A stretch of 64,000 nucleotides of DNA from Bacillales bacterium UBA4100 (GCA_002383285.1 DFXU01000002.1:3-64002), one strand, 5' to 3'; numbered from the stretch's first letter, positions 50,203 to 59,906 are shown. The notes: generated from the sequence alone by a model not told the origin. Numbers and translations are program-made.

Positions 50203-51685
50203 CAAAGAGATTATTATTGGTATTATCCCTGTTGCGCTTATTTTCTTATTGTTCATACAAGTTAACGTCGTTCCGTTGCTGTTCGCAGGTGTTATTGTAT
50301 TTGCTATACTCTACTATATAAGAACTAGAAGTAATGGGGCGATGACGAATAATCGACGGAATAAAGCAAAGTCGCCCGCATTCCTATCATTCGATGATAT
50401 CGGCGGTCAAGAGAGAGCGAAGAAGGAATTAAGAGAGGGTCTAGAGTTTCTGATTAAGCGGGATCTAACTGATCATTTCGGCATACGTCCTATGAAAGGT
50501 ATCCTATTAACAGGACCTCCAGGTACAGGGAAGACTTTGCTTGCTAAGGCTGCGGCTCAATTCACTGGGTCTGTATTTCTTGCATCATCGGGTAGTGAAT
50601 TTGTAGAGATGTATGTGGGCGTCGGTGCGAGTCGTGTTCGCGATTTATTCAAGGAAGCCCGTCAACAAGCTACAAAGGAAGAGAAGGAAAGCGCCATTAT
50701 CTTCATTGATGAGATTGACGCTATAGGCGGTAAGCGAGATGGTGGTCAGCAGAAGGAGTATGATCAAACGCTCAATCAATTACTTACCGAGATGGATGGC
50801 ATAGATAGTGAAGAGACACCACGCATTCTCTTGATTGCTGCCACGAATCGCAAAGAAATGTTAGATCCTGCATTGCTTCGTCCGGGTCGATTCGATCGGC
50901 AGATTGAGGTCGATCTTCCAGATAAGAAGGGTCGTCTTCATATTCTGCGCATACATGCTAAGAATAAGCCGCTGGATGAGCATGTTGACCTAGAGAAGTT
51001 AGCAGATGAAACCTTCAGCTTCTCAGGAGCACAGCTCGAAGCAGTTATGAATGAAGGTGCCATCTACGCGATGCGTGAGGATCTTAAGCTGATATCCCAA
51101 TCCCATCTTTCGCTTGCCATCGATAAGGTAATGATGGGTGAGAGAACGGATAGAGAGAGCACGAAGGAGGAGCGTGAACGTGTTGCGGTGCACGAGCTGG
51201 GTCATGCATTGGTTGCAGAGGTCGTTCGACCGGGTTCCGTCTCTCAGGTGTCTCTGAGCCCTCGGGGGCAGGCACTTGGCTATGTGCGTCATAATCCACA
51301 GAAGGAACAATACTTGTATACCAAATCATTTCTGGAGCATCAGATCATGATTGCCTTAGGGGGTTCCGCAGCAGAGGAGCTCATCTATGGAGATCGTAGC
51401 ACTGGGTCGAGGAATGATTTTGAGCAAGCGATTAGTATTGTCTCAACCATGATGGACGCTGGACTAACAAGGCTAGGCATCATAGATCGCCGCATGGTCA
51501 CCACGGAACAGCTCATGAGTGAGAATGGATATATACTTGAAGAGCTCACACAGCGGACGAGGGAACTATTAAGAAGCAAGCAGCATGTATTCGCGTGTTC
51601 TCTGGATATTATGCAGCGTGAAGAAGTGTTATCTGGGTCTAGATTTAGAACGATTCTGCAAGAAGTACAACAATCAACAGCATAA
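50189..51685 (+). CDS. Short FtsH-family AAA+ zinc metalloprotease paralog
   Basis: ATG 50189 after GGGGGTG. Walker A GPPGTGKT, Walker B IIFIDEIDA, SRH ATNR...PGRFDR and HEXXH (HELGH). Two adjacent TMs with no extracytoplasmic domain. 498 aa. Confidence 0.85.
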   Translation: MSRYNKEIIIGIIPVALIFLLFIQVNVVPLLFAGVIVFAILYYIRTRSNGAMTNNRRNKAKSPAFLSFDDIGGQERAKKELREGLEFLIKRDLTDHFGIRPMKGILLTGPPGTGKTLLAKAAAQFTGSVFLASSGSEFVEMYVGVGASRVRDLFKEARQQATKEEKESAIIFIDEIDAIGGKRDGGQQKEYDQTLNQLLTEMDGIDSEETPRILLIAATNRKEMLDPALLRPGRFDRQIEVDLPDKKGRLHILRIHAKNKPLDEHVDLEKLADETFSFSGAQLEAVMNEGAIYAMREDLKLISQSHLSLAIDKVMMGERTDRESTKEERERVAVHELGHALVAEVVRPGSVSQVSLSPRGQALGYVRHNPQKEQYLYTKSFLEHQIMIALGGSAAEELIYGDRSTGSRNDFEQAISIVSTMMDAGLTRLGIIDRRMVTTEQLMSENGYILEELTQRTRELLRSKQHVFACSLDIMQREEVLSGSRFRTILQEVQQSTA

Positions 51686-51694
51686 TTGTGCAAC

Positions 51695-51743
51695 AGCTGT
51701 CTCTAAATTAGGTGATCTTACCTAGTTGAGATAGCTTTTTTTA
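51695..51743 (+). terminator. Intrinsic terminator after the FtsH-like gene
   Basis: AGCTGTCTC/GAGATAGCT outer stem with inner TAGGT/ACCTA stem, followed by T7. Confidence 0.75.
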
Positions 51744-51794
51744 TTTTCTTAACTGGCCTTCTAAAAATTCGATTAAATGAACAAGCTATGAAGG

Positions 51795-51810
51795 TGTGAA
51801 GTTCATCACA
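51795..51810. promoter_or_regulatory. TGTGA-N6-TCACA palindrome (Rex- or Crp/Fnr-type operator)
   Basis: TGTGAAGTTCATCACA lies 66 nt upstream of the hbd ATG. rex is encoded at 47103-47726. Confidence 0.5.
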
Positions 51811-51823
51811 GATTGTTGTTTCA

Positions 51824-51851
51824 TTGTCATGTACGTTAATATAGATAGAAT
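51824..51851 (+). promoter_or_regulatory. Sigma-A-like promoter TTGTCA-16-TAGAAT for hbd-ackA
   Basis: Hexamers read directly. An alternative TTGTTG-18-TAATAT begins at 51813. Confidence 0.4.
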
Positions 51852-51875
51852 TACAATATAAAGGATGAGTATGCT

Positions 51876-52751
51876 ATGAAAATTAATAAGATTGGTGTTG
51901 TTGGAGCTGGAACAATGGGCCAGGGAATTGCAGAGATGCTTGCTGTTAAGGGGATGGAGGTATTCCTTGTTGAGAAAACACCTGAGAAACTAGATGAAGC
52001 CTGGAATATGATCTTTATTAGCTTAGACAAGCAGATTGAAAAATGGGCAATAACCGTGTCGGAGAAGAAGCTTATCTTATCCAAAATCCATAAGATCAAC
52101 AAATTCTCAAAGCTCAGTGAATGTGACATGGTCATTGAAACTATAAATGAGGATTTAGAGGCAAAGATGAATGTGTTCTACGAATTAGATGCGATATGCC
52201 CTCCACATATCATCTTAGCGAGTAATACATCCACGCTTAGCTTGACGGAATTGGCTAATTCTACGGAGAATCCGGAGCGTGTCATTGGTTTACACTTTCT
52301 TCACCCTGTATCGAAAATTCACCTTGTAGAAATCATTCGGGGGTTAAAGACATCTGAAGAAACCTTGCAAGATACGAAATCATTTGTAGAGAATGTTATT
52401 CAGAAGAGGGGAATAATGGTCAATGAATCACCTGGATTCGTTACGACTCGACTCATCTGTATTCTAATAAACGAAGCGATGCACGTATTGAATGAAGGTG
52501 TAGCCTCTGCTGAGGATGTTGATTGTGCTATGCGTATAGGCTATGACTTTCACTATGGTCCTTTAGAGATGGCTGATCGATTCGGTTTGGATGCGGTTAT
52601 GGCTGCTATGGAGCGTATGTTCCGAGAGTTTGGGGAATTAAAGTATAGACCTTCATTCCTTATGAAGAAGATGGTTCGTGCAGGTAATCTGGGTATGAAG
52701 ACCGGAGAAGGATTTTTCCGCTATGATAAGGACGGTGACCGTATATCATGA
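51876..52751 (+). CDS. hbd: 3-hydroxybutyryl-CoA (3-hydroxyacyl-CoA) dehydrogenase
   Basis: 291 aa. IGVVGAGTMGQGIA NAD fold plus the C-terminal 3HCDH domain. Confidence 0.88.
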   Translation: MKINKIGVVGAGTMGQGIAEMLAVKGMEVFLVEKTPEKLDEAWNMIFISLDKQIEKWAITVSEKKLILSKIHKINKFSKLSECDMVIETINEDLEAKMNVFYELDAICPPHIILASNTSTLSLTELANSTENPERVIGLHFLHPVSKIHLVEIIRGLKTSEETLQDTKSFVENVIQKRGIMVNESPGFVTTRLICILINEAMHVLNEGVASAEDVDCAMRIGYDFHYGPLEMADRFGLDAVMAAMERMFREFGELKYRPSFLMKKMVRAGNLGMKTGEGFFRYDKDGDRIS

Positions 52752-53962
52752 AGATATTAGTTATTAACGCAGGCAGCTCATCATTGAAATATCAGCTTTA
52801 TAATATACTAGACGAGAGCGTGCTTGCCAAAGGTAAGGTTGAGCGGATTGGCATGGAGTCAGCGATGCTGAGCCATGAGGCGACGAATAAGCCTGAGGTT
52901 ACGGTAGTAGCCGAAATTCTTGATCACACATCTGCAATCCGTAGGGTTGTTGCAGCGCTGCTGCACCCTGAGCATGGTGTGGTGGAGAATATAGAGGAGA
53001 TAGAAGCAGTTGGACATCGAGTTGTACATGGCGGTGAGACCTTCTCCGCTTCCGTATTGGTTTCACCCGAGGTTCGTCAAGAAATCCGTCGCTTATTTGA
53101 CTTGGCCCCACTTCATAACCCTGCTCATATGATGGGAATCGATGCTGTTGAAGCCTCGCTGCCGCATGTGCCACAAGCGGTTGTCTTCGATACTGCATTC
53201 CACCAAACGATGCCAGCAGAAACGTATTTATACCCCATACCCATGGTGCTATATAACAAGCACAAGGTAAGGAGATATGGGTTTCACGGCACTTCTCATG
53301 CTTATGTCAGTGAACGTGCTGCAGCCTACTTAGGTCGACCTATAGAGCAATTAAAGATAATCTCCTGCCATATCGGCAATGGAGCAAGCTGTACGGCCAT
53401 TATGAATGGCAAATCGTTCGATACCAGTATGGGAATGACACCACTCGAGGGATTAATGATGGGAACGAGGAGTGGGGATCTTGATCCTGCTATTGTACCT
53501 TATGTGATGACCAAAGAGGATCTGACAATCAATGAAGTGAATTCAATGCTGAATAAACATAGTGGGTTGATAGCTATCTCTGGCATCAGCAGTGATGTGC
53601 GCGAGATTGAGCAAGCGATGAAGGCTGGAGACCATAACGCGAAGCTAGCCTATGAGATGTATTCGTACCGATTACGCAAATATATCGGCTCCTATACAGC
53701 TGCAATGAATGGTTTGGATGTGCTCATCTTCACTGCTGGAGTTGGCGAGAATTCGGCTACGTTGAGGGCGAAAGTATGCTCACAGCTAAGCTTCTTCGGA
53801 GTAGAACTCGATGAACAGGCGAATGTTAGTCCAGAACGTGGTGATCGAACGATATCGACCTCACAGTCACGTGTACAGGTATTGATCATCCCAACAAACG
53901 AAGAACTCGTCATCGCTAGGGATACGTATCAACTCATTGCAAATGCTAAGACTAACAGTTAA
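52748..53962 (+). CDS. ackA: Acetate kinase
   Basis: 404 aa with MKILVINAGSSSLKYQLY N-terminus. Start overlaps the hbd stop (ATGA). Confidence 0.96.
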   Translation: MKILVINAGSSSLKYQLYNILDESVLAKGKVERIGMESAMLSHEATNKPEVTVVAEILDHTSAIRRVVAALLHPEHGVVENIEEIEAVGHRVVHGGETFSASVLVSPEVRQEIRRLFDLAPLHNPAHMMGIDAVEASLPHVPQAVVFDTAFHQTMPAETYLYPIPMVLYNKHKVRRYGFHGTSHAYVSERAAAYLGRPIEQLKIISCHIGNGASCTAIMNGKSFDTSMGMTPLEGLMMGTRSGDLDPAIVPYVMTKEDLTINEVNSMLNKHSGLIAISGISSDVREIEQAMKAGDHNAKLAYEMYSYRLRKYIGSYTAAMNGLDVLIFTAGVGENSATLRAKVCSQLSFFGVELDEQANVSPERGDRTISTSQSRVQVLIIPTNEELVIARDTYQLIANAKTNS

Positions 53963-54056
53963 AATGAGCTTTACAGCCTCATATAGAGCTTGCTTGAAAA
54001 GCGATATATGACTTATGGTGTGCCCTAATTGATGGAGTGAGTGGAGTGATTTATAG

Positions 54057-55355
54057 ATGCAGGTAAAGTGTGTAATAAGAGATGTTGGCAAGTATGTAGG
54101 ACAAACGGTTATCATCGGTTGCTGGCTACATAATATTCGATCAAGCGGCAAAATACAATTTCTTCAGTTAAGAGATGGAACTGGATTTATTCAAGCTGTC
54201 GCAGTTAAAAGTGAATTGCCAGAGGAAGTATGGGACAGTGCAAAAAGCTTATCACAAGAGAGCTCATTGTACCTGACGGGTATCGTCAGGGAGGAGCCTC
54301 GAAGCGCTAGTGGATTTGAGCTTACACTCATGCATATCGATATCATTCAGCTTACGACAGATCAATATCCAATTACACCCAAAGAGCATGGCGTCGATTT
54401 CTTAATGGATCATCGCCATCTATGGATTCGTTCTCCGCGTCAGCGTGCTGTTCTGATCATAAGAGATCAGATCATTAAAGCGATTCGAGAATTTTTTGCT
54501 GAGCATGGCTTTGTATGTGTAGACCCGCCTATTCTTACGCCTTCCTCATGTGAAGGGACAACCAATTTGTTCCACACCAAGTATTTTGATGAAGATGCAT
54601 ACTTAAGCCAGAGTGGTCAGCTTTACATGGAGGCGGCTGCGATGGCGCTTGGGAGAGTATACTCCTTCGGACCAACATTCCGAGCTGAGAAGTCGAAGAC
54701 ACGTCGACATCTGATCGAATTCTGGATGATTGAGCCTGAGATGGCTTTTGTGGAGCACGAAGAGAGCTTACACATACAGGAAAGCTTTGTTACTCACATC
54801 GTAAGCTCTGTCTTAGAGCATTGCTCCTTAGAATTGAAGACATTAGAACGCGATTTATCCAAGCTTGAGAGCATTAAGGGACCATTCCCGCGTATTCATT
54901 ACGATCAAGCGATCACTTATCTGCAGGAGAACGGGCATGAAATCAAGTGGGGTGATGATTTTGGAGCCCCTCACGAGACAGCCATTGCTGAGAATTATGA
55001 AACACCCGTATTCATAACGAATTATCCAACTGAGCTCAAAGCGTTCTATATGAAGCCTGATCCGTCCCGTCCAGATGTAGTTCTATGTGCAGACATGATC
55101 GCACCAGAAGGCTATGGAGACATTATCGGAGGTAGTCAACGTATCGATGATCCCGCTTTAATGGAGCAGCGATTTTCCGAGCATGAGCTTTCACAGGATG
55201 CGTATAGATGGTATTTAGATTTGAGAAGGTACGGTTCGATTCCTCATTCTGGCTTCGGACTGGGCTTAGAGAGAACTGTTGCTTGGATTTGCGGTCTTGA
55301 TCACGTTCGCGAGACGATTCCTTTTCCACGACTATTAAATCGTCTGTATCCATAG
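54057..55355 (+). CDS. asnS: Asparagine--tRNA ligase
   Basis: 432 aa class IIb synthetase with an OB-fold N-terminus. Motif 2 FRAE and motif 3 GFGLGLER. Confidence 0.95.
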   Translation: MQVKCVIRDVGKYVGQTVIIGCWLHNIRSSGKIQFLQLRDGTGFIQAVAVKSELPEEVWDSAKSLSQESSLYLTGIVREEPRSASGFELTLMHIDIIQLTTDQYPITPKEHGVDFLMDHRHLWIRSPRQRAVLIIRDQIIKAIREFFAEHGFVCVDPPILTPSSCEGTTNLFHTKYFDEDAYLSQSGQLYMEAAAMALGRVYSFGPTFRAEKSKTRRHLIEFWMIEPEMAFVEHEESLHIQESFVTHIVSSVLEHCSLELKTLERDLSKLESIKGPFPRIHYDQAITYLQENGHEIKWGDDFGAPHETAIAENYETPVFITNYPTELKAFYMKPDPSRPDVVLCADMIAPEGYGDIIGGSQRIDDPALMEQRFSEHELSQDAYRWYLDLRRYGSIPHSGFGLGLERTVAWICGLDHVRETIPFPRLLNRLYP

Positions 55356-55408
55356 AGAAGCAGGCGAGAACCTATGAACGATATGGAAAAGGGAAGGAGC
55401 ATAATCAG

Positions 55409-56122
55409 GTGCCCATCAAGAACGGTTTATTAATGGCATTAAGAGAAGGGTCTGTAAGTATTCCTAACTTACTCGTTCAGCATTATTCGAAGCTAGGATT
55501 AACTGAGATTGATATGATGTTAATTATTCATTTGTTAGCCTTCAAAGAGAAGGAGAACAATGACTTTCCAACAATAGAAGAAATTCAAACACGGATGTCT
55601 GCTTCCCCGGATGGGGTCATCCAGTCCATTCAGAAGCTTATGAGTGATGGATGGATTGCCATAGATGAAGATATTGATCCAGAATCAGGCATCCAATATG
55701 AGCATTACAACATCTCGGGTGTATATGAGAAGTTAGCTGAGGCTTGCGCAGAATTCTATCGTGAACGTCAACAGCTTCTCATGGGAAGGCGTGAGTCGGA
55801 GTCAGCATTAGCTGAGGTCGCAGTGGCGCGGCATATTGAAGCTCATACGAGTGAGGGAGATGTCTCAGAAGCGAACATGTTCGTGAAGTTCGAGACAGAA
55901 TTCGGTCGCCCCTTGTCCCCGATGGAATGCGAAACAATATCCGGTTGGTTAGACCAGGATAAGTATGCGGAGGCTTTGGTATTGGCTGCACTGAAGGAAG
56001 CGGTATTCGCTGGGAAGGTCCACTTCCGTTATATCGACCGCATCCTACTAGAGTGGAATCGTAATCTTGTTCGTACACCAGAGCAAGCCAAGGAATATGC
56101 AGCGAGATTTCGAAGCCGGTAG
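55409..56122 (+). CDS. dnaD: DNA replication initiation protein DnaD
   Basis: 237 aa. IPNLLVQHYSKLGLTEIDMMLIIHL resembles the B. subtilis DnaD N-terminus. Follows asnS as in B. subtilis. GTG start. Confidence 0.85.
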   Translation: MPIKNGLLMALREGSVSIPNLLVQHYSKLGLTEIDMMLIIHLLAFKEKENNDFPTIEEIQTRMSASPDGVIQSIQKLMSDGWIAIDEDIDPESGIQYEHYNISGVYEKLAEACAEFYRERQQLLMGRRESESALAEVAVARHIEAHTSEGDVSEANMFVKFETEFGRPLSPMECETISGWLDQDKYAEALVLAALKEAVFAGKVHFRYIDRILLEWNRNLVRTPEQAKEYAARFRSR

Positions 56123-56224
56123 CTTTCAGGGTAGTAAGCAGTTAGGTGAATTCAACTTGGTGAATGTGACCTGAAAGGTGGTGTCTAAGGCGCTCTAAAT
56201 TAGTAATTCCAACATATAGTGTAT

Positions 56225-56388
56225 CTGTAGAGGTCTTTGGGGACTCTATTCTGCGGTGATGTTTCTTTAATGATGCTGTAGAGGTCTTTGGGACCTCTAT
56301 TCTGCGGACATGTTCGGACATGTTACTTTTGTGATGTAGTAGGGTCTTTGGTACCTCTATTCAACTGAGAGATGTTATTTTTATGATG
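56225..56388. repeat. Three tandem 51/61/52-bp repeats, each containing a TAGAGGTC...GACCTCTA hairpin
   Basis: Units are 56225-56275, 56276-56336 and 56337-56388. The middle copy is a perfect hairpin with an internal 10-nt duplication (GGACATGTTC/GGACATGTTA). The outer copies are degenerate. Confidence 0.8.
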
Positions 56389-56427
56389 TAGATGAGTTAT
56401 ATAGGAAAATTATGATTTATGTCTGCG

Positions 56428-57069
56428 CTATAATCGCATCATGTGAAGCTTCACAGCATAGTCGAACAAGTATTCGAATGCCTCTAGGTGGCGTTTGGCT
56501 TCGAAAGCGTTGGCTCCCCATGCATATATACCATGCTTACGAAGAAGGATGCCAGGAATACGAGGGACCATTCGAGATTTAATTAGATCAGCAATCCTCG
56601 GGATATCCGCATAATTCGGTAGTATCGGAATCTCGATCTGAGCATCCTCTTCCCAGATGTTAAATGCCTTGATTAATTCTACTCCATCGATAGGAACATT
56701 GCCGCGCTCCCAGAACAGCTCAGAAGCAAGATTGTTAGGAACCGTATGTACATGAAATATAGCCCCGCAGCCTGTCAGCCGATAAATTTCTCGGTGAATG
56801 ATCGTTTCTGCAGAGGGCTTTAAATTTGTAGGCTCACTTGGTTTCATCTGTTCATCGACGAGTAAGAAATCCTCTGGTGTATTCACGGATTTGTCTCTAC
56901 CACTAGATGTGATTGCAAAAGTAAATTGTTCACCGCGCATCTCACCGACACGTAAAGAAAGGTTTCCGCTTGTAGCAGGGAACCAGCCGCGTGCTGCAAG
57001 ATTTGTTTTAATTGCTGTTAGTTCGCTAATCACGGTTTGTTTGGCTTCCAAGGTGTACGGAACAGTCAT
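56428..57069 (-). CDS. mtnB: Methylthioribulose-1-phosphate dehydratase (class II aldolase fold)
   Basis: ATG at 57069 after AAGGAG. ARGWFPATSGNLSLRV matches MtnB. The track start 57129 overlaps mtnX. Confidence 0.9.
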   Translation of the reverse strand: MTVPYTLEAKQTVISELTAIKTNLAARGWFPATSGNLSLRVGEMRGEQFTFAITSSGRDKSVNTPEDFLLVDEQMKPSEPTNLKPSAETIIHREIYRLTGCGAIFHVHTVPNNLASELFWERGNVPIDGVELIKAFNIWEEDAQIEIPILPNYADIPRIADLIKSRMVPRIPGILLRKHGIYAWGANAFEAKRHLEAFEYLFDYAVKLHMMRL

Positions 57070-57088
57070 ATATAGAATCTCCTTTGAT

Positions 57089-57793
57089 TCAGAGTTGTGA
57101 TCCTGTTGAATGTGCTTCTGTGCCGGCAATCATCGATTTCAGATGTGTCAAGATATCGAAAAAGGTCTCATAGGACTTATGCAATAAATTTGTTTCCAAG
57201 CAACGCTCCAACAGGTGAGACCGTGCAAAGACGTAATCAACAATCTTCGAACCCTCAAAATCAGTTAAGCTGTCGCCAATCAGAATACGATAGTAATGAT
57301 CATTAGGATACTGGCGGATAATACGAGTTTTGCACATGCCACATTCTTTATGACAATGCTCATCGCATGTATGTGGCCATTCAATTTCAATAAATTCACC
57401 ATTGAAGTTACTCGAATTGCAATAAATATGGTCCAGTTCAATATCGAATGGAGCAAGAAGAGGGTAGATAAAGAAGTCAATTCCTCCGCTTGTTACATAG
57501 AAAGGAATTTCCATTTCCCTACAATACGCTAGCAGCTCAGCAAACCCATCACGGATTCCTGCATGCTCGAGTACATACGCCTGTATTTCAGCCTTTTGCT
57601 GTGAAGGGTAGAGAGCGAAGAACGCACCTACTGTCGCCTTAAGACTCTTACGACCCGCGAGCAGCTCCTCTAATAATACCTCCCAGCCTTCAGGGTCAAA
57701 ATGCTTCATCAGTGCTAGAATGTTATCTTTCATCGTTATCGTGCCATCAAAATCACAGAAGATGATGGGATGTTTACCATCGATCTGGATCAA
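57089..57793 (-). CDS. mtnX: 2-hydroxy-3-keto-5-methylthiopentenyl-1-phosphate phosphatase (HAD)
   Basis: IIFCDFDGTITMKDNI HAD motif I, very similar to B. subtilis MtnX. Overlaps the mtnW stop by 4 nt. Confidence 0.9.
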   Translation of the reverse strand: MIQIDGKHPIIFCDFDGTITMKDNILALMKHFDPEGWEVLLEELLAGRKSLKATVGAFFALYPSQQKAEIQAYVLEHAGIRDGFAELLAYCREMEIPFYVTSGGIDFFIYPLLAPFDIELDHIYCNSSNFNGEFIEIEWPHTCDEHCHKECGMCKTRIIRQYPNDHYYRILIGDSLTDFEGSKIVDYVFARSHLLERCLETNLLHKSYETFFDILTHLKSMIAGTEAHSTGSQL

Positions 57794-59004
57794 GCCCGCA
57801 CCCCCCAGAGACGGATCGCCTCAGCCAGCTCTATATGCTTCTCAGCATATTGCTCCAAGGTGAATCCATGTAATGTTGCATCGATCGCCTGGCGGAATGC
57901 ATGTCCACCTGCTGCAGCTCCCATCGGATGTCCATGCACACCTCCACCAGCGTTAACAACCACATCATTGCCAAAGTCACGGATAATGAGCGGAACAAGC
58001 CCTGGATGGATGCCGGCAGAAGGTACGGGGAAGCTAGCTGCTAGCTGTGTATCGGCTGTTAATAATGCGTCCTTGATCGCCATATTCTCTTCAATCGGCA
58101 TGACAACTGAGCCATATGGCGATGGGAAGAGGACAAGATCTGCTCCAGCAAGACGCATCAGCTTGCCAAGTAACAACGATGCACTGATTCCGTGATAGCT
58201 TGACGGATATATCGCACCTGCTAATGCAGGATGAGCGGCAATGGGTACGTTGATATCAGGATCAGCAGCCAATTCATGGAGTGCATCGAAGCCGTATGCA
58301 AGGACATTAAACAATATCGCATTAGCCCCAGCGTCAATAGCGAGCTTGGCTTGCTTGGCGAGCTGTGAGGTTTTACCTGTTAAATTAACGGCATATAGTA
58401 ACGATTGACCAGTCGCTTGCTTCGCTTCCTCCGCTGCCGACATGCATATCTCGACCCTTCGCTCTATTGGAGTTAACGGGTTATCGAATAGGATTTCATC
58501 ATCCTTAATAAGATCTACGCCACCTAATGCCTGAGCCAGGAATTGCTCGCGCAGCTCTGGAAGCTCATAGCCAATAACAGATTTGAATATACTCATCAAC
58601 AATGGACGATCCGTGACATTCAGTAATTGACGTACGCCATTGATTCCGAATTTAGGGCCTGGGAAATGAGCGAGGAAGCCTTCAGAGAATGAGAGATCAA
58701 TTAATCGGATTCTCCCATCCATCGACAGCTTGCCAAACACAGTGACGAGTAGAGCGGGGATATCCGCAGAGAAGTTGACATCAGGGTAGGCGATCTCGAT
58801 ATCCGCAAACCTAACAGAATTACCATCCTCTGTGACTTGAACGGAGATTACCTTGCCCAGATGCTTCTCCATCGTCGTTTTCTTCGCTTCGGGTAGCTCA
58901 GTCCAGCTTCCGACTGTTAAACCGACAGCAATACCCTGCGCTTTCTTATGAAAATCGGCTTTCTCGTCGAACACACGATAGGTCGCAATACAGTAAGATT
59001 TCAT
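57790..59004 (-). CDS. mtnW: 2,3-diketo-5-methylthiopentyl-1-phosphate enolase (RuBisCO-like protein)
   Basis: 404 aa RuBisCO large-subunit fold (GGVDLIKDDE). ATG 59004 follows AGGAAG, which overlaps the proC stop. mtnW-mtnX-mtnB context supports the call. Confidence 0.88.
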   Translation of the reverse strand: MKSYCIATYRVFDEKADFHKKAQGIAVGLTVGSWTELPEAKKTTMEKHLGKVISVQVTEDGNSVRFADIEIAYPDVNFSADIPALLVTVFGKLSMDGRIRLIDLSFSEGFLAHFPGPKFGINGVRQLLNVTDRPLLMSIFKSVIGYELPELREQFLAQALGGVDLIKDDEILFDNPLTPIERRVEICMSAAEEAKQATGQSLLYAVNLTGKTSQLAKQAKLAIDAGANAILFNVLAYGFDALHELAADPDINVPIAAHPALAGAIYPSSYHGISASLLLGKLMRLAGADLVLFPSPYGSVVMPIEENMAIKDALLTADTQLAASFPVPSAGIHPGLVPLIIRDFGNDVVVNAGGGVHGHPMGAAAGGHAFRQAIDATLHGFTLEQYAEKHIELAEAIRLWGVRA

Positions 59005-59016
59005 CGTTAACACTTC

Positions 59017-59883
59017 CTAATTAGTAATATTCGCATCAATTTGATCTGCGATAGCGGTGCCGAGCTCACCTGCACGTTCAGCTGCACGAAGGACAGCATT
59101 CGAGATATGTTCAGCAACATCATTCGCACTCATCAGCTCAAGCGCAGCCTGTGTAGTTCCACCTGGTGAGGTGACTTTCTTACGTAGATCGGCAGGGCTC
59201 TCCTTCGTTTGAAGTACCATGTTGGCTGCTCCAAGCACTGTTTGTACGGTTAATAGCCGAGCGGCAGTCGCATCAAGACCACCTGAGATTCCTCCGGCTA
59301 TCATGGCCTCCATTATATAATAGATATAGGCAGGACCACTACCCGATACACCAGTTACAATATCCAACGCTGCCTCTTCAACCTCACAAACGATACCGAT
59401 TGATTCGAAGATATCTCTAGCAAGCTTTTGCTGCACTAGTGTTGTCTGTTGAGAGTAGCTGATGCCTGTTGCCCCAAGACCAATTGTACTCGAGGTATTC
59501 GGCATGCTTCGGACGATCGAGAGAGAGTGGCCAACAAGCTTCTCAATAGAAGGGATAGATAAGCCCGCGATTACGGAGATGATCAGCTGATTCGTGCGTA
59601 GTGAGGTGTGATACATACGAATCGCATCTGCAGCATCCTTGGGCTTCATAGCTAACACAATAATATCTGCACCTGATATCGTTTGCTTACGCTGCTCCTC
59701 GTCCTGTGAGTAACTGACACCATAGGCCAGATTCAGCTCAAGTAAACGTTCTTGATTTCCCCGATTGATCATTGTAATCTGCTTAGGATTCATGCTATCC
59801 AGCTGTATTAATCCTCGTACAATCGCCTCAGACATTGAGCCTGCGCCGATGAAGCATATATTCTGTTCAGATAATGTGTGCAT
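59017..59883 (-). CDS. proC: Pyrroline-5-carboxylate reductase
   Basis: 288 aa. ICFIGAGSMSEAI NAD fold and SPGGTT motif. Confidence 0.94.
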   Translation of the reverse strand: MHTLSEQNICFIGAGSMSEAIVRGLIQLDSMNPKQITMINRGNQERLLELNLAYGVSYSQDEEQRKQTISGADIIVLAMKPKDAADAIRMYHTSLRTNQLIISVIAGLSIPSIEKLVGHSLSIVRSMPNTSSTIGLGATGISYSQQTTLVQQKLARDIFESIGIVCEVEEAALDIVTGVSGSGPAYIYYIMEAMIAGGISGGLDATAARLLTVQTVLGAANMVLQTKESPADLRKKVTSPGGTTQAALELMSANDVAEHISNAVLRAAERAGELGTAIADQIDANITN

Positions 59884-59906
59884 GCTGTTCCTCCAGCTTG
59901 AAAAAT

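Noticed and set aside
56225-56388. Possible mini-CRISPR array (repeat-spacer-like periodicity of 51-61 bp).
   Set aside because: The whole unit, including the would-be spacers, is repeated and degenerate. There are only three copies and no cas genes or leader. It behaves as a tandem duplication, not a repeat/unique-spacer array.
57770-58195. 141-aa + strand ORF, and similar long antisense ORFs such as 1684-2061, 780-1142, 41041-41373 and 36172-36468.
   Set aside because: They lie entirely inside well-supported genes on the opposite strand. They are Ala/Pro/Ser/Cys-rich or low-complexity, with no SD or promoter. These are typical shadow ORFs.
59005-59016. Looked for a SAM (S-box) riboswitch ahead of mtnW.
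   Set aside because: Only 12 nt separate the proC stop from the mtnW ATG, so there is no space for any leader RNA.
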